From Candidatus Zixiibacteriota bacterium (GTDB taxonomy: Bacteria; Zixibacteria; MSB-5A5; DSPP01), in assembly GCA_022614805.1 (NCBI GenBank), contig JAKEHY010000002.1:4726-68725 (forward strand): a stretch of 64,000 nucleotides of DNA, in the 5' to 3' direction. Numbering within the stretch: the first letter of the stretch is position 1; each line of letters opens with the position of its first letter. Below the pieces are notes generated by a model, which saw nothing but the letters and a program-made list of their open reading frames with translations, had not been told where the DNA came from and did not search any database. Position numbers and translations under genes: made by a program. Below, one piece after another: positions 30,257 to 39,220 of the stretch.

Positions 30257-30283
30257 GGTAGCCCGGAGCCCCGGCTCCGGGGT
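30257..30283. repeat. REP-like element GGGTAGCCCGGAGCCCCGGCTCCGGGG (second copy at 56748-56776)
   Basis: GTAG head plus perfect 9-bp stem CCGGAGCCC/GGCTCCGGG; near-identical copy after lepA. Confidence 0.5.
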
Positions 30284-30297
30284 TTGGGTAAGCGCAA

Positions 30298-30663
30298 TTG
30301 GACAAAACAAAAGTTCTTTTAATCGACGACCAACTTCTGTTCATTTCGCAAATTTCCTCCAAGCTCGCGGCTTTGGGTTTGGAAGTTGAGTCACAGATGC
30401 CGAATAGCAATGGGCTTTTGGAAAAGGCGGCGCAGAGTTCGCTCGTTTTGATAAATCTGGGTTTTGCGGGTGAAAAAGCGCTGGAGTTGGTTAGGGCTTT
30501 GCGAAAAGATTGGCCGGAGCTGCCGATTATCGGTTATTGCGGCCACGAGGAAAAGGAGCTTATGGAGTCGGGTCTCGCGGCGGGAGCTTCGGCGGTGGTG
30601 CCGAATTCGCAAATTACCTTGAATACCAAAAAGGTAATCGGGCCGTTTCTACATATCGGATGA
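30298..30663 (+). CDS. Single-domain receiver-like protein (pseudo-receiver; phospho-acceptor Asp replaced by Asn)
   Basis: CheY-like fold (KVLLIDDQ…) but LVLINLGF where the phospho-acceptor Asp is expected; TTG start, weak RBS. Confidence 0.5.
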   Translation: MDKTKVLLIDDQLLFISQISSKLAALGLEVESQMPNSNGLLEKAAQSSLVLINLGFAGEKALELVRALRKDWPELPIIGYCGHEEKELMESGLAAGASAVVPNSQITLNTKKVIGPFLHIG

Positions 30664-30983
30664 AAAAGACAAAAGTGAAAAACCAACCGGAAGGGCTTTT
30701 TGTCAGAATTTACCGCTTGGTAAACAGCATTCCCCGGGGGAAGGTAACCACGTATGGAACCATCGCCCGGGTGCTGGGCAACCCGCGTTTATCCCGCCGC
30801 GTGGGGTTCGCGATGGCTTCTTTGCCGCAAGGTTCGGCCGTCCCCTGGTATCGGGTCGTCGGTAAAAACGGCATTACGGTTCCTCCCCCGTATAACGCCA
30901 TTCAAAAGTCGCTTTTGACCAAAGAAAAAGTGCGGTTCGATAAAAACGGTCGGCCGCTGGAGAAATATTTTCATCAGTTCTGA
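30660..30983 (+). CDS. Alkyltransferase-like (ATL) protein of the MGMT/Ogt DNA-binding family, Cys replaced by Trp
   Basis: Start trimmed to the ATG at 30660 (ATGA overlap). TYGTIARVLGNPRLSRRVGFAMA…PWYRVV = MGMT helix-turn-helix with PWxRVV instead of the catalytic PCHRV. Confidence 0.8.
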   Translation: MKKTKVKNQPEGLFVRIYRLVNSIPRGKVTTYGTIARVLGNPRLSRRVGFAMASLPQGSAVPWYRVVGKNGITVPPPYNAIQKSLLTKEKVRFDKNGRPLEKYFHQF

Positions 30984-31152
30984 ATTGAGAACGGCATGGA
31001 TGCTGGTTTTCGACAATATGAAAGCAGACCGTAGGGCTTGATTTTTGTGCGGAAATTCATACATTAAAAAGGCCCAAGAGAACGGGTTTAGCCCTGCTCC
31101 CTCCAAGCCCTAACGGCCGGAGGCAGCCAAACTTTTGACCGAAGGGAGAGCA

Positions 31153-31494
31153 ATGCAGACCTACGAAACAACTTTAATTCTATCCCCCATTTTGCCGGAA
31201 GCGGACTGGGAGGCGAAAGCCGCCAAATACGAAGGGCTTATCACTTCCGGCGGCGGGGAAATCAAAAAGAAGGAAATCTGGGGAATTCGCAAGCTGGCCT
31301 ATCCCATCCGCCACAAATCGCAGGGATATTACGTTTTTTTCCAGTACCAGGCCCCCGGCGAGGTGCCGCGGGAGTTGGACCGGAACATCGGGCTGGATGA
31401 AGAAGTGCTGCGCCACCTGACGGTCCTGTCCAAGCGGGTTCCGATTCGTCCCGCACCGGAAGTTCCGGAGACGCAAGCGAAAGGAGTGGAATAA
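31153..31494 (+). CDS. rpsF: 30S ribosomal protein S6
   Basis: [16 protein letters not shown]…[24 protein letters not shown]…; start trimmed to 31153. Confidence 0.9.
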   Translation: MQTYETTLILSPILPEADWEAKAAKYEGLITSGGGEIKKKEIWGIRKLAYPIRHKSQGYYVFFQYQAPGEVPRELDRNIGLDEEVLRHLTVLSKRVPIRPAPEVPETQAKGVE

Positions 31495-31781
31495 TGCCGC
31501 GCCGTTTTGAGCGGGATGAAGAACACCACCGGATGGAAAGAGGGGAGCGGGGGGAAAGGGCCCCGGTCAGCAAGAAAAGTTGCCGCTTTTGCGCCAACCC
31601 GTTTGACCCGATAGATTATAAGAACGAGCGGCAGGTGCGCCGGCTGATTTCGGAGCGGGGGAAAATCCTTCCCCGCCGGGCCACCGGCAACTGCGCCAAG
31701 CACCAAAGGGAGGCGGCCCTGGCCGTCAAATATGCCCGGCATCTGGCGCTTTTGCCGTTTGTTTCGGAATTTCATAAATGA
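31494..31781 (+). CDS. rpsR: 30S ribosomal protein S18
   Basis: [46 protein letters not shown]; TAATG overlap with rpsF. Confidence 0.9.
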   Translation: MPRRFERDEEHHRMERGERGERAPVSKKSCRFCANPFDPIDYKNERQVRRLISERGKILPRRATGNCAKHQREAALAVKYARHLALLPFVSEFHK

Positions 31782-32716
31782 AGCTGGTTGGAATGCTTTT
31801 GGCTTTGACTTTCGGCCTGACGGTTCTGGCCACCGGCGGGTGGCTGCCGGCCGGGGCGGTTTTCGCACTCAACCTGGCGCTTTCGGTGTCGCTCATCTTT
31901 CTTTTCGGCCGCCTGCCGCTCGGCGCCTCACTCGGGTGGACGTTCATTTTAACCGCGGCTTCCGGCTGGATGGGAAAAAGCTGGATGGCGGCGGTGGTTT
32001 ATCTTGCCTTAACCCTTTTGCCGGCGGCGGCGGTCGGGCTGGCGGTGGCGAAAAAGATTTCGTACGGCCGAACGCTTCTGGTGTTGGCGGCCTCGGCTTT
32101 GGCTCCCACCGCTCTTTTTGTCGGGTTCGCCTATTCATCGGTCCAGCTTCAACTTTTGGCGTTTGGCGAAACGATGAAGCAAACCCTGGCCGGGCTGGGG
32201 GCGGGTTTGGGCTCCTCCGCCCGGGGGGAGCAGTTCCAGAAGGCCGTCCAATCTTACCTTGAATTCATTGTCGGAGTGATTCCAGCATTATACTTTATAT
32301 CCAGCTTCTTCTTTCTGGCGCTGTCCCATTTGCTGGCCGTCTGGGCCTTGGGGCGCCTGGGCATCTTTTCCCCGGGGCCGAAAAAATTCATAACCTGGCA
32401 GGCGCCGTTTTTTCTCGTTTTTCTGCTCGGCGCCGGGCTGGCCAGTCATCTTTTTTTGGAAGCGGGCTGGGTGGCCGCGGCCGACAATCTGCTTGTGGTG
32501 GTGATTTTCATCTATGCGGTCGGCGGGGCGTCGAATGTGGAATACTTTTTGAAAAAATTGCGCGCCCACTGGGCGGTGAAGGGTTTGTTTTACGTTTGGA
32601 TGGTTCTTTTCGGACTGGCCTCTTTTTTTATTCTCTCGGCGGTCGGGTTTTTGGACAGTCGGTTTGATTTTCGGGGGCTCAAAAAAGTTGCTTTGACAAA
32701 GGAAAGCGAGGAATAG
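31778..32716 (+). CDS. DUF2232 (YybS-like) polytopic membrane protein
   Basis: 312 aa, 8 or more hydrophobic helices; conserved position between rpsR and rplI as in Firmicutes yybS; ATGA overlap. Confidence 0.6.
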   Translation: MKLVGMLLALTFGLTVLATGGWLPAGAVFALNLALSVSLIFLFGRLPLGASLGWTFILTAASGWMGKSWMAAVVYLALTLLPAAAVGLAVAKKISYGRTLLVLAASALAPTALFVGFAYSSVQLQLLAFGETMKQTLAGLGAGLGSSARGEQFQKAVQSYLEFIVGVIPALYFISSFFFLALSHLLAVWALGRLGIFSPGPKKFITWQAPFFLVFLLGAGLASHLFLEAGWVAAADNLLVVVIFIYAVGGASNVEYFLKKLRAHWAVKGLFYVWMVLFGLASFFILSAVGFLDSRFDFRGLKKVALTKESEE

Positions 32717-32720
32717 GGAA

Positions 32721-33182
32721 ATGAAGGTCATTTTGAAGGAGGACGTGGAAAAACTGGGGAAGGTGGGGGAGGTGGTGCGCGTGGCAGACGGCTACGCGCG
32801 GAACTATCTTTTGCCCCGCCAGCTGGCGACCGTGGCCACCAAGGGGACGCTTAAGGCCGTCGAGCACATCACCCGCGAAAAAGCGCTGCGCGACCAGAAA
32901 AGAAGGCGGGAGCTGGAACGGCTCAAACAGAGTATAGAGAAACTCTCACTTATGACCGAAAAAGAAACAGGGGAGGAGGACCGGCTGTTCGGGTCGGTCA
33001 CCAGCTCCGAGATTGCCGAGCTTCTGGCCCAGCAGGGGATTGGGGTGGACCGGCGCAAAATCGAACTGGAGGAGCCGATAAAGGCTTTGGGGATTTACGA
33101 AGTGCCGGTGCGGCTGGGATTGGACATCACCGCCACCCTGAAGCTGTGGGTGGTGCGGAAAAAAGAGGAGATTTCGGGTTAA
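32721..33182 (+). CDS. rplI: 50S ribosomal protein L9
   Basis: MKVILKEDVEKLGKVGEVVRVADGYARNYLLPRQLA…. Confidence 0.92.
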   Translation: MKVILKEDVEKLGKVGEVVRVADGYARNYLLPRQLATVATKGTLKAVEHITREKALRDQKRRRELERLKQSIEKLSLMTEKETGEEDRLFGSVTSSEIAELLAQQGIGVDRRKIELEEPIKALGIYEVPVRLGLDITATLKLWVVRKKEEISG

Positions 33183-33238
33183 ACGGAAACGGTTCTTTTG
33201 CGTATTATTTGATGGGAAAGGAAAGCGGGTAAAAAGAC

Positions 33239-33757
33239 GTGGCGGAAATGATTCAATCCAAAATCAACGGGCTGGCTTTAGACGTTTCCACCCAGTCGCC
33301 GGTGGTGATTTTAGCCCCCTTGGACGCCTCCGGCCCCAACGGGGAAAAGGTTTTGCCCATCTGGATCGGCCCGTTCGAAGCCCAGGCGATTGCGATGGAG
33401 CTTTCCGGCATTCCCTCCAAAAGGCCCTTGACCCACGACCTGATTAAAGCGGTCATTGGCTCGATGGGGGGAAAGGTGGAGAAAATCGAGGTTACCGAAC
33501 TGGTGAACCAGACTTTCTACGCCAAAATCTACGTCTCCGTCAACAGTCACACCGTCGAAATCGATGCCCGTCCTTCCGATTCTTTGGCTTTGGCCTTGAA
33601 ATCCAAAGCGCCGATTTTCGTCAACGGAGAGCTCTTTCAAGAGCGCAAAGACCAAATGGGCCCCATCGGGGGGCCGGAGTCGGGCGAGTCGCCCGATTCG
33701 CTGCGCGAGCGGCTGCGGCGCATCAACCCGGAAGATTTCGGCCGGTATTCGCTGTAG
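33239..33757 (+). CDS. Bifunctional nuclease (BFN/DUF151) family protein
   Basis: 172 aa; …VVILAPLDASGPNGEKVLPIWIGPFEAQAIAMEL…THDLI… typical of the DUF151 nuclease family. Confidence 0.65.
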   Translation: MAEMIQSKINGLALDVSTQSPVVILAPLDASGPNGEKVLPIWIGPFEAQAIAMELSGIPSKRPLTHDLIKAVIGSMGGKVEKIEVTELVNQTFYAKIYVSVNSHTVEIDARPSDSLALALKSKAPIFVNGELFQERKDQMGPIGGPESGESPDSLRERLRRINPEDFGRYSL

Positions 33758-33796
33758 TTGGTTTCTTCGGCATTTTTTTCCCATTCAAATTTATCG

Positions 33797-33864
33797 GGTA
33801 GCGGAAACCTTCAGGTTTCCATTTTTCATTGAGGAACAATGGAGGACTAAAGTCCTCCGCTACC
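33797..33864. repeat. Inverted doublet of GGGTAGCGG-headed REP-like hairpins (REPIN-like)
   Basis: GGGTAGCGGAAACCTTCAGGTTTCC (33797-33821) and, on the other strand, GGTAGCGGAGGACTTTAGTCCTCC (33841-33864), forming a three-way-junction-capable structure upstream of apbC. Confidence 0.45.
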
Positions 33865-33957
33865 ACAAAAAGCGAGTTTCTTGGTAAACACCGGACGTTT
33901 GATTATATTGCTTATGGCAGTGTAGAAAAACCGAAAAGACGCATCTGCCCCATTGAT

Positions 33958-35034
33958 ATGGTCACTGAAAAACTCATTTGGAAAGCGTTAGAAAGCGTGA
34001 AAGACCCGGAGTTGGGGATTTCCATTGTCCGGCTCGGCATGGTCAAGAAAGTGAGCGCAAACGGCGGGAAGGTCGCCGTGGACGTGGCCTTGACCATTTC
34101 CGGCTGCCCTTTGCGGGAGAGAGTGGAAAGGGATGTCACCGAAGCGGTTTCTGCTCTTGATGGGGTTCGCGCCGTTCAAGTCAATCTGGGAGTGATGGCC
34201 AAAGAGGAACGGGATGAACTGGTGGCCCAGTTGACCGGGCGGAAGAAAACCGAACTTTTTTCCGGCCAGCGGCCCAAAAAAGTGATTCCGGTCGCTTCCG
34301 GCAAGGGAGGGGTGGGAAAATCGACGGTCACCGTCAACCTGGCGGTGGCGCTGGCCGCTTTGGGCTACAAGGTGGGGGTTATCGACGCCGACGTGTACGG
34401 TTTTTCCATCCCGCAGATGCTGGGGGTCTCCGGCCGTCCCACGGTCATCAACCAGATGATAATTCCTCTCGAAAAAGACGGCGTCAAGGTGATTTCCATC
34501 GGCTTTTTAGTGCCGGAGGATGCTTCCGTCATCTGGCGGGGGCCGATGCTGCACAAAGCCATCACCCAGTTTATGACCGACGTTTTCTGGGGGGAACTGG
34601 ACTTTTTGCTTTTGGACCTGCCCCCGGGGACGGGGGATGTTTCCATCACTGTGGCGCAGGCCCTGCCGGAGGCGGAAATTTTGATTGTCACCACCCCGCA
34701 GAAGGCGGCTTACAGCGTAGCCGCCCGGATTTCCAAGCTGGCCGAAGTGGCGCATTTGAAAATTCTGGGGGTCGTGGAGAATATGTCTTTCTTCCAGACA
34801 TCGGGTGGGGAAAAAGTTCAGATTTTTGGCAAGGGAGGCGGAAAGGAACTGGCCGAAAAGTTGAGGGTACCCCTGTTGGGTGAAATTCCGATTGAGGTGG
34901 AAATTCGGGAGGGTTCCGACAGCGGCCGTCCGGTTGCGATTTACCGGAAGGATACGGCCGTGGGCCGCTTGTACGCTGAACTTGCCGGAAAACTCGCCGC
35001 CACTCTGCCTCAACCGGTTTTGGCCGTTTCGTAG
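33958..35034 (+). CDS. apbC: Fe-S cluster carrier protein ApbC/Mrp (N-terminal DUF59 plus P-loop NTPase)
   Basis: Start trimmed to the ATG at 33958 (MVTEKLIWKALESVKDPELGISIV = DUF59). Walker A SGKGGVGKST; CxxC-like region. Confidence 0.9.
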   Translation: MVTEKLIWKALESVKDPELGISIVRLGMVKKVSANGGKVAVDVALTISGCPLRERVERDVTEAVSALDGVRAVQVNLGVMAKEERDELVAQLTGRKKTELFSGQRPKKVIPVASGKGGVGKSTVTVNLAVALAALGYKVGVIDADVYGFSIPQMLGVSGRPTVINQMIIPLEKDGVKVISIGFLVPEDASVIWRGPMLHKAITQFMTDVFWGELDFLLLDLPPGTGDVSITVAQALPEAEILIVTTPQKAAYSVAARISKLAEVAHLKILGVVENMSFFQTSGGEKVQIFGKGGGKELAEKLRVPLLGEIPIEVEIREGSDSGRPVAIYRKDTAVGRLYAELAGKLAATLPQPVLAVS

Positions 35035-36128
35035 ATTTCTTCCAGCCTTTTCAAAATCAATGGTAGCGCAAACTTTTCGGCCACTTTTTTTTGGCCGGCT
35101 TGGCCCATTTTTTTCCGGTGCCCGGCGTCCGTTGCCAACTTCACAACCGCTTGAACGAAAGACTCCCCGGAACTGCCGACGAAATCGGCCAGCGGAATGA
35201 GGTATCCTTCCGCTCCGTCGGTAATGATTTCCGGGATGGCTCCGGCCTGCGGGCCGACAACCGGCAGGCCGGCGGCCATCGCCTCAATGACCGAAAGGCC
35301 GAACGATTCCTCGTAGGCCAAGGAAAGGAAGATGTCCGCAGCGGCCAGATAGGGACGCACGTCCGGCACCCCCTCCGGCCCGCTCCAGAAAAGATAGGGG
35401 CCCAAGCCCTGACGCTTGATTTCCTGAAAACACTGAATGAAAAGCTTTTTGTCGTCCGGGTACCAGCCGCCGACGATTAGAAACCGGAGCTTCGGCTCCT
35501 TTTCCAGCAATTGGGGGGCCAGACGAATTAAATCGAGATGCCCTTTTTTTGGGGTGATGCGGGCAATCATTCCGACCACAATTTCATCGGCCGACCAGCC
35601 TAATTCGGCTCGAGTCTTTTCGCGCAGTTGGGGAGTTGTTTTCCAATTTTCAGGTAAAATTCCGTTGTGCAGGGTCACGATTTTTTCCGGCGGGACAGGA
35701 TAAACCGTCCGGCACCTTTCCGCCAGAAAATCGGAGACCGGCAGGATGCGGGAAACTTTGGCGTACAACCAGCGGTGGTAAAAGTCCTTTTTGGGACGGC
35801 CGGGTGACAGGTGCTTGACCAAAAAAAGCTTCGTTTCGGGAAATTTTCGCAGCCCCCAGACGAGGTAAGGCAGGTCCTTGGGATAATGGGAGATAATCAG
35901 GTCAAGCTTCTTTTCAGCCGTCAGCCTGCGGACGGCGGCTAAGAGTTTTAGGCGGCTTGGTACGGTGAAGAGGTTCGGCGTTTCGTGCCGTTTTTCGGCA
36001 AGGGGGGTTCCGGCCCGGGCCAAAAGATAGGCTTCCTTCCCCTCGGTAAGCCAGAAATTATGCCAGTCCAAGGGGACTTTTTCCAATCCCCCCCAGCTGG
36101 CGGAAGTCAAAACCTGCAGGATTCTCAA
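35010..36128 (-). CDS. Glycosyltransferase family 4 (GT-B, GT1 superfamily)
   Basis: The ORF-track 5' extension is Arg-rich nonsense. Start set to the TTG at 36128 (LRILQVLTSASWGGLEKV…), overlapping the upstream stop (TTGA). C-terminal motif EESFGLSVIEAMAAGLPVV. Start uncertain. Confidence 0.65.
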   Translation of the reverse strand: MRILQVLTSASWGGLEKVPLDWHNFWLTEGKEAYLLARAGTPLAEKRHETPNLFTVPSRLKLLAAVRRLTAEKKLDLIISHYPKDLPYLVWGLRKFPETKLFLVKHLSPGRPKKDFYHRWLYAKVSRILPVSDFLAERCRTVYPVPPEKIVTLHNGILPENWKTTPQLREKTRAELGWSADEIVVGMIARITPKKGHLDLIRLAPQLLEKEPKLRFLIVGGWYPDDKKLFIQCFQEIKRQGLGPYLFWSGPEGVPDVRPYLAAADIFLSLAYEESFGLSVIEAMAAGLPVVGPQAGAIPEIITDGAEGYLIPLADFVGSSGESFVQAVVKLATDAGHRKKMGQAGQKKVAEKFALPLILKRLEEIYETAKTG

Positions 36129-37462
36129 ATGAAAAAAAGAAAGGCAACCGAGACGATCAGGATGTAAACGAAGAAAATCAAAAGCTCGTAGCCCAGAATT
36201 TCCTTGAATTCCACTTTGGCCACGGTCAAAAGGGGAATGGCCCAAAAGGGTTGAATCAAATCGGTGGCCATATCCCCCCAGGCGTAGGAGGTCACGACCT
36301 TGGCGGTCGGCACCCCCAGGCCCTGGGCGGCCTCCAACAAATAGGGGGCCTCGATGGCCCATTTGGAGCCGCCGGAGGGGACGAAGTAGTTTACCAACCC
36401 GGAATACCAGTAAACCAAGAGCGGGTAGGTTTTGGCCGAAGAGAGGGAAACGAACCAGTTGCCGACGATTTCCGCCAGGCCGGATTCCTTGATGATGCCG
36501 TACATCCCGGCGTAAAAGGGGAACTGGATGATTACTCCGAAGACCAGCTTCCCCCCTTCTTCGGCCGCCCGCCAAAAACTTTGGGGAGAGGAATGCAGGG
36601 CCAAGCCCAAAAACAGGAAAATGAAATTGAGCAAGTCGATGTTTAAGCCGGCCTTGTCGGAAACAAAGCGCAACCAGAGCCAAGTCAAAGCGGTCATGGC
36701 AAAAAGGAGATTCAAAAGGGGCGTTTTTTCCCACCAGTCGAGCCAGTTCGCCGGTTTTGCCAGCCGGTAACTTTCCCGTCCGGCAAATTCTTCGAGAAGC
36801 TGGGGATTCACCGGGCGGCTTTTTTCGGAAGCCGGATGCAGGGCCGGAACGAAAAAGGCCAGAACGAGGGTTACCAACCCGGCTAATATTAAGTTGAAGC
36901 TGGAAAAAATCGTTTCGCCGGTCGGAATCAGGCCGATTTTGGATTCCAGGAAATGTCCCGGCGTCGCCACCAGAAGCGGGGCCGAGGCGGAAAGGCCGGC
37001 GTGCCAGGTGCAGCCCATTCCCAAATAGGCGGCGGCAACCAGCAAGGGGTAGTCAACGCCGGTTTTCCGGCGGGCTATCTGGCGCACCAAAAGAGCCGAG
37101 CCGACCATCGAGAGCCCCCAGTGAAAAAAAGCGAACACCAGCGAGGCCAAAGTCATAACCAAAATCGAGCTTTTGGGGCCTTTGGCCAGGCCGGCCGTTT
37201 TTTCCAAAAGGGCGGCGACCGGCGCGGAGGAGGCGACGATGTAGCCGGTCAGAATTATCAGGCACATCTGCATCGCAAAAGGAAGAAGCTTCCAGAAGCC
37301 GTTTCCCCAGAATTTAATCGCATCGGCCAAGGAAGTTTGTGCCACGCCCAAAGACAAGACAAAGGTGAACAGGGTCAAAATCAGGGCGATGACGAAAGCG
37401 GAGGGGATGAGCCGTTCGCTTACGTTTATAAGCCCGGCGGCGGTTCGGGACAGGATTTTCAT
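36125..37462 (-). CDS. atoE: Short-chain fatty acid transporter AtoE family
   Basis: 445 aa polytopic; strong block similarity to AtoE (…GNGFWKLLPFAMQMCLIILTGY…, VQFPFYAGM…, FFVPSGGSKWAIEAPYLLEAAQGLG). Confidence 0.8.
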   Translation of the reverse strand: MKILSRTAAGLINVSERLIPSAFVIALILTLFTFVLSLGVAQTSLADAIKFWGNGFWKLLPFAMQMCLIILTGYIVASSAPVAALLEKTAGLAKGPKSSILVMTLASLVFAFFHWGLSMVGSALLVRQIARRKTGVDYPLLVAAAYLGMGCTWHAGLSASAPLLVATPGHFLESKIGLIPTGETIFSSFNLILAGLVTLVLAFFVPALHPASEKSRPVNPQLLEEFAGRESYRLAKPANWLDWWEKTPLLNLLFAMTALTWLWLRFVSDKAGLNIDLLNFIFLFLGLALHSSPQSFWRAAEEGGKLVFGVIIQFPFYAGMYGIIKESGLAEIVGNWFVSLSSAKTYPLLVYWYSGLVNYFVPSGGSKWAIEAPYLLEAAQGLGVPTAKVVTSYAWGDMATDLIQPFWAIPLLTVAKVEFKEILGYELLIFFVYILIVSVAFLFFI

Positions 37463-37465
37463 CCG

Positions 37466-38392
37466 CTAATTCGGGCGGGGATGCGCGGCAAAGAAGGATT
37501 CGTAATTTTTTTTCAGAAAAGAGAGGCTTTCTTCCACCGAGAAGATTGAGGATTTCAGAACGGCCTGTGCTTTTTCGGTTCTCACTCCGCCCAAAAGGGG
37601 GCGGGGGGCAGGCTGCTTCAACGAAGCCGTGTCAACCGGGTCGATTAGCTCGTGGTCGTAGTTGAAAAAGCGGGCGATGCGCATCGCGAAATCGTAGCGG
37701 GATAAATAAGTTTTCCCGGCCAGATTCAAAACACCTTCCAATTTTTTTTCCACCGCTTCTTTCACCAAGGCGGCCAGATTGTCGGCCAGAGTCGGGTTAT
37801 TGTACTGGTCGGATACGATTTTGACCGGTCGCGCGGCCGAAAGCTCCCCCACTAGCCACATAAAAAAATTCGGTTTGGAAGCCTCTTCGTGGATGCCGAA
37901 AAGGACGTTGGTGCGCACCACCAGGTGGCGGCAGCCGACCCGCACCACTTTTTCCTCCCCCCAGTATTTGGTTTTGGCGTAATAGCCGAGCGGGTTGGGG
38001 CGGGCTTCCTCGGAGTAGGGGCCGGCTTTGCCATCGAAGATGTAGTCGGTGGAGAAATGAACCAAGAAGCTGCCGTTCCGCTTGACCTGTTGAGCCAAAA
38101 ACCCGACCGCTTCGGCGTTGACCTGATAGGCGGCGGCCCGCTCGGATTCGGCTTGGTCGACCTTTGAATAGGCGGCGCAATTTATCACCACCTCCGGTTT
38201 GAAGTCCGAAAGCAAGGCGGTGACAGCGCCGAAATCGGCGATATTCAAAACTCCGGCGGGAGGGTCAAAAGTCCAGTTTTCCTTGGGAGAATTAAAGGTG
38301 GCCAGAACCTCGTGGCCGGGGTCTTGGGCGAAAAGCCGGGCGATTTTGAGTCCCAAAAGTCCCAAAGCCCCGGTGACCAAGACGCGGCTCAT
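37466..38392 (-). CDS. rfbD: dTDP-4-dehydrorhamnose reductase RmlD/RfbD family
   Basis: MSRVLVTGALGLLG…CAAYSKVDQAE…STDYIFDG pattern of RmlD. Confidence 0.85.
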   Translation of the reverse strand: MSRVLVTGALGLLGLKIARLFAQDPGHEVLATFNSPKENWTFDPPAGVLNIADFGAVTALLSDFKPEVVINCAAYSKVDQAESERAAAYQVNAEAVGFLAQQVKRNGSFLVHFSTDYIFDGKAGPYSEEARPNPLGYYAKTKYWGEEKVVRVGCRHLVVRTNVLFGIHEEASKPNFFMWLVGELSAARPVKIVSDQYNNPTLADNLAALVKEAVEKKLEGVLNLAGKTYLSRYDFAMRIARFFNYDHELIDPVDTASLKQPAPRPLLGGVRTEKAQAVLKSSIFSVEESLSFLKKNYESFFAAHPRPN

Positions 38393-39123
38393 TTGCTTCG
38401 CTTGGTTCGGTACTCGAAAACTCTTCGCCCCGCTTCCGCCAAAGCCCCAATCGACTCTCCGGCGTCGGCCCAGAACCCCTTCAGGACCGAATAGGTCATC
38501 GTTCCTTTGCCGATGTAGGCGTTGTTGATGTCGGTCACTTCCAGTTCCCCGCGGGCGGAGGGTTTCAAGGTCTTGACGATGTCAAAAACCTCGTTGTCGT
38601 ACATATATATTCCGATTACGGCCAAGTCCGATTTCGGCTTTTTGGGTTTTTCGACGATGTTCAAAACCCGGCCGCTTTTGACTTCCGCCACGCCATAGGC
38701 CTTTGGGTTTTGCACTTTCTTCAGGAAAATCTTGGCGCCGGAGCGCTGGCGTTTGAAGGCCTCCACCTCATCCTGGATGGATTCAAATATCAGGTTGTCC
38801 CCCAGCATCACCAAAACCTTTTCCCCTTCGGCGAAATGCTCCGCCAGCCCAATCGCCTCGGCAATGCCTCCTTCTTTTTCCTGGTAGGTGTAGTTCAGAT
38901 GTTTAAGCCCGAAAGCCCGGCCGTTCCCCAAAAGCCGCAAAAAATCGCCGGCGGAGTTGCCGCCGGTGACGATAAGAATGTCCTTAATGCTTGCCTCCAC
39001 CAGGGTTTGGATGGGATAAAAAATCATCGGCTGGTCGAAAACCGGCAACAGATGCTTGTTGGTGATTTTGGTCAAAGGAAAAAGCCGGGTTCCCAGCCCG
39101 CCGGCCAAAATAACACCTTTCAT
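38389..39123 (-). CDS. Sugar-phosphate nucleotidyltransferase (short glucose-1-phosphate thymidylyltransferase-like)
   Basis: MKGVILAGGLGTRLFPLTKITNKHLLPV…; 244 aa. Confidence 0.8.
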   Translation of the reverse strand: MKGVILAGGLGTRLFPLTKITNKHLLPVFDQPMIFYPIQTLVEASIKDILIVTGGNSAGDFLRLLGNGRAFGLKHLNYTYQEKEGGIAEAIGLAEHFAEGEKVLVMLGDNLIFESIQDEVEAFKRQRSGAKIFLKKVQNPKAYGVAEVKSGRVLNIVEKPKKPKSDLAVIGIYMYDNEVFDIVKTLKPSARGELEVTDINNAYIGKGTMTYSVLKGFWADAGESIGALAEAGRRVFEYRTKRSK

Positions 39124-39171
39124 TTTCTGCTCAGTACTCCCTTACCCATTCCGGTTTGGCTTAATTGACCC

Positions 39172-39204
39172 AAAAAGCAAGGGGCGGGCTGGCAACCCGC
39201 CCCT
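39172..39204 (-). terminator. Rho-independent terminator downstream of rplY
   Basis: Minus-strand GGGGCGGGTTGCCAGCCCGCCCC hairpin followed by TTGCTTTTTGG. Confidence 0.65.
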
Positions 39205-39220
39205 GAATATTGATGGAAAA

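Noticed and set aside
33768-33870. tRNA-like element (acceptor-like GTAGCGG/CCGCTAC arms)
   Set aside because: It lacks D/anticodon/T-arm geometry and the conserved GTTC/TPsiC loop. It fits the GTAG-headed REP doublet family instead.
36129-36734. N-terminal ~200 aa of ORF 35010-36734
   Set aside because: This part is Arg/Gly/Pro-rich nonsense that overlaps the atoE-like gene's 3' half in another frame. The GT4 fold begins at LRILQVLTSASWGG, so the gene was trimmed to 36128.
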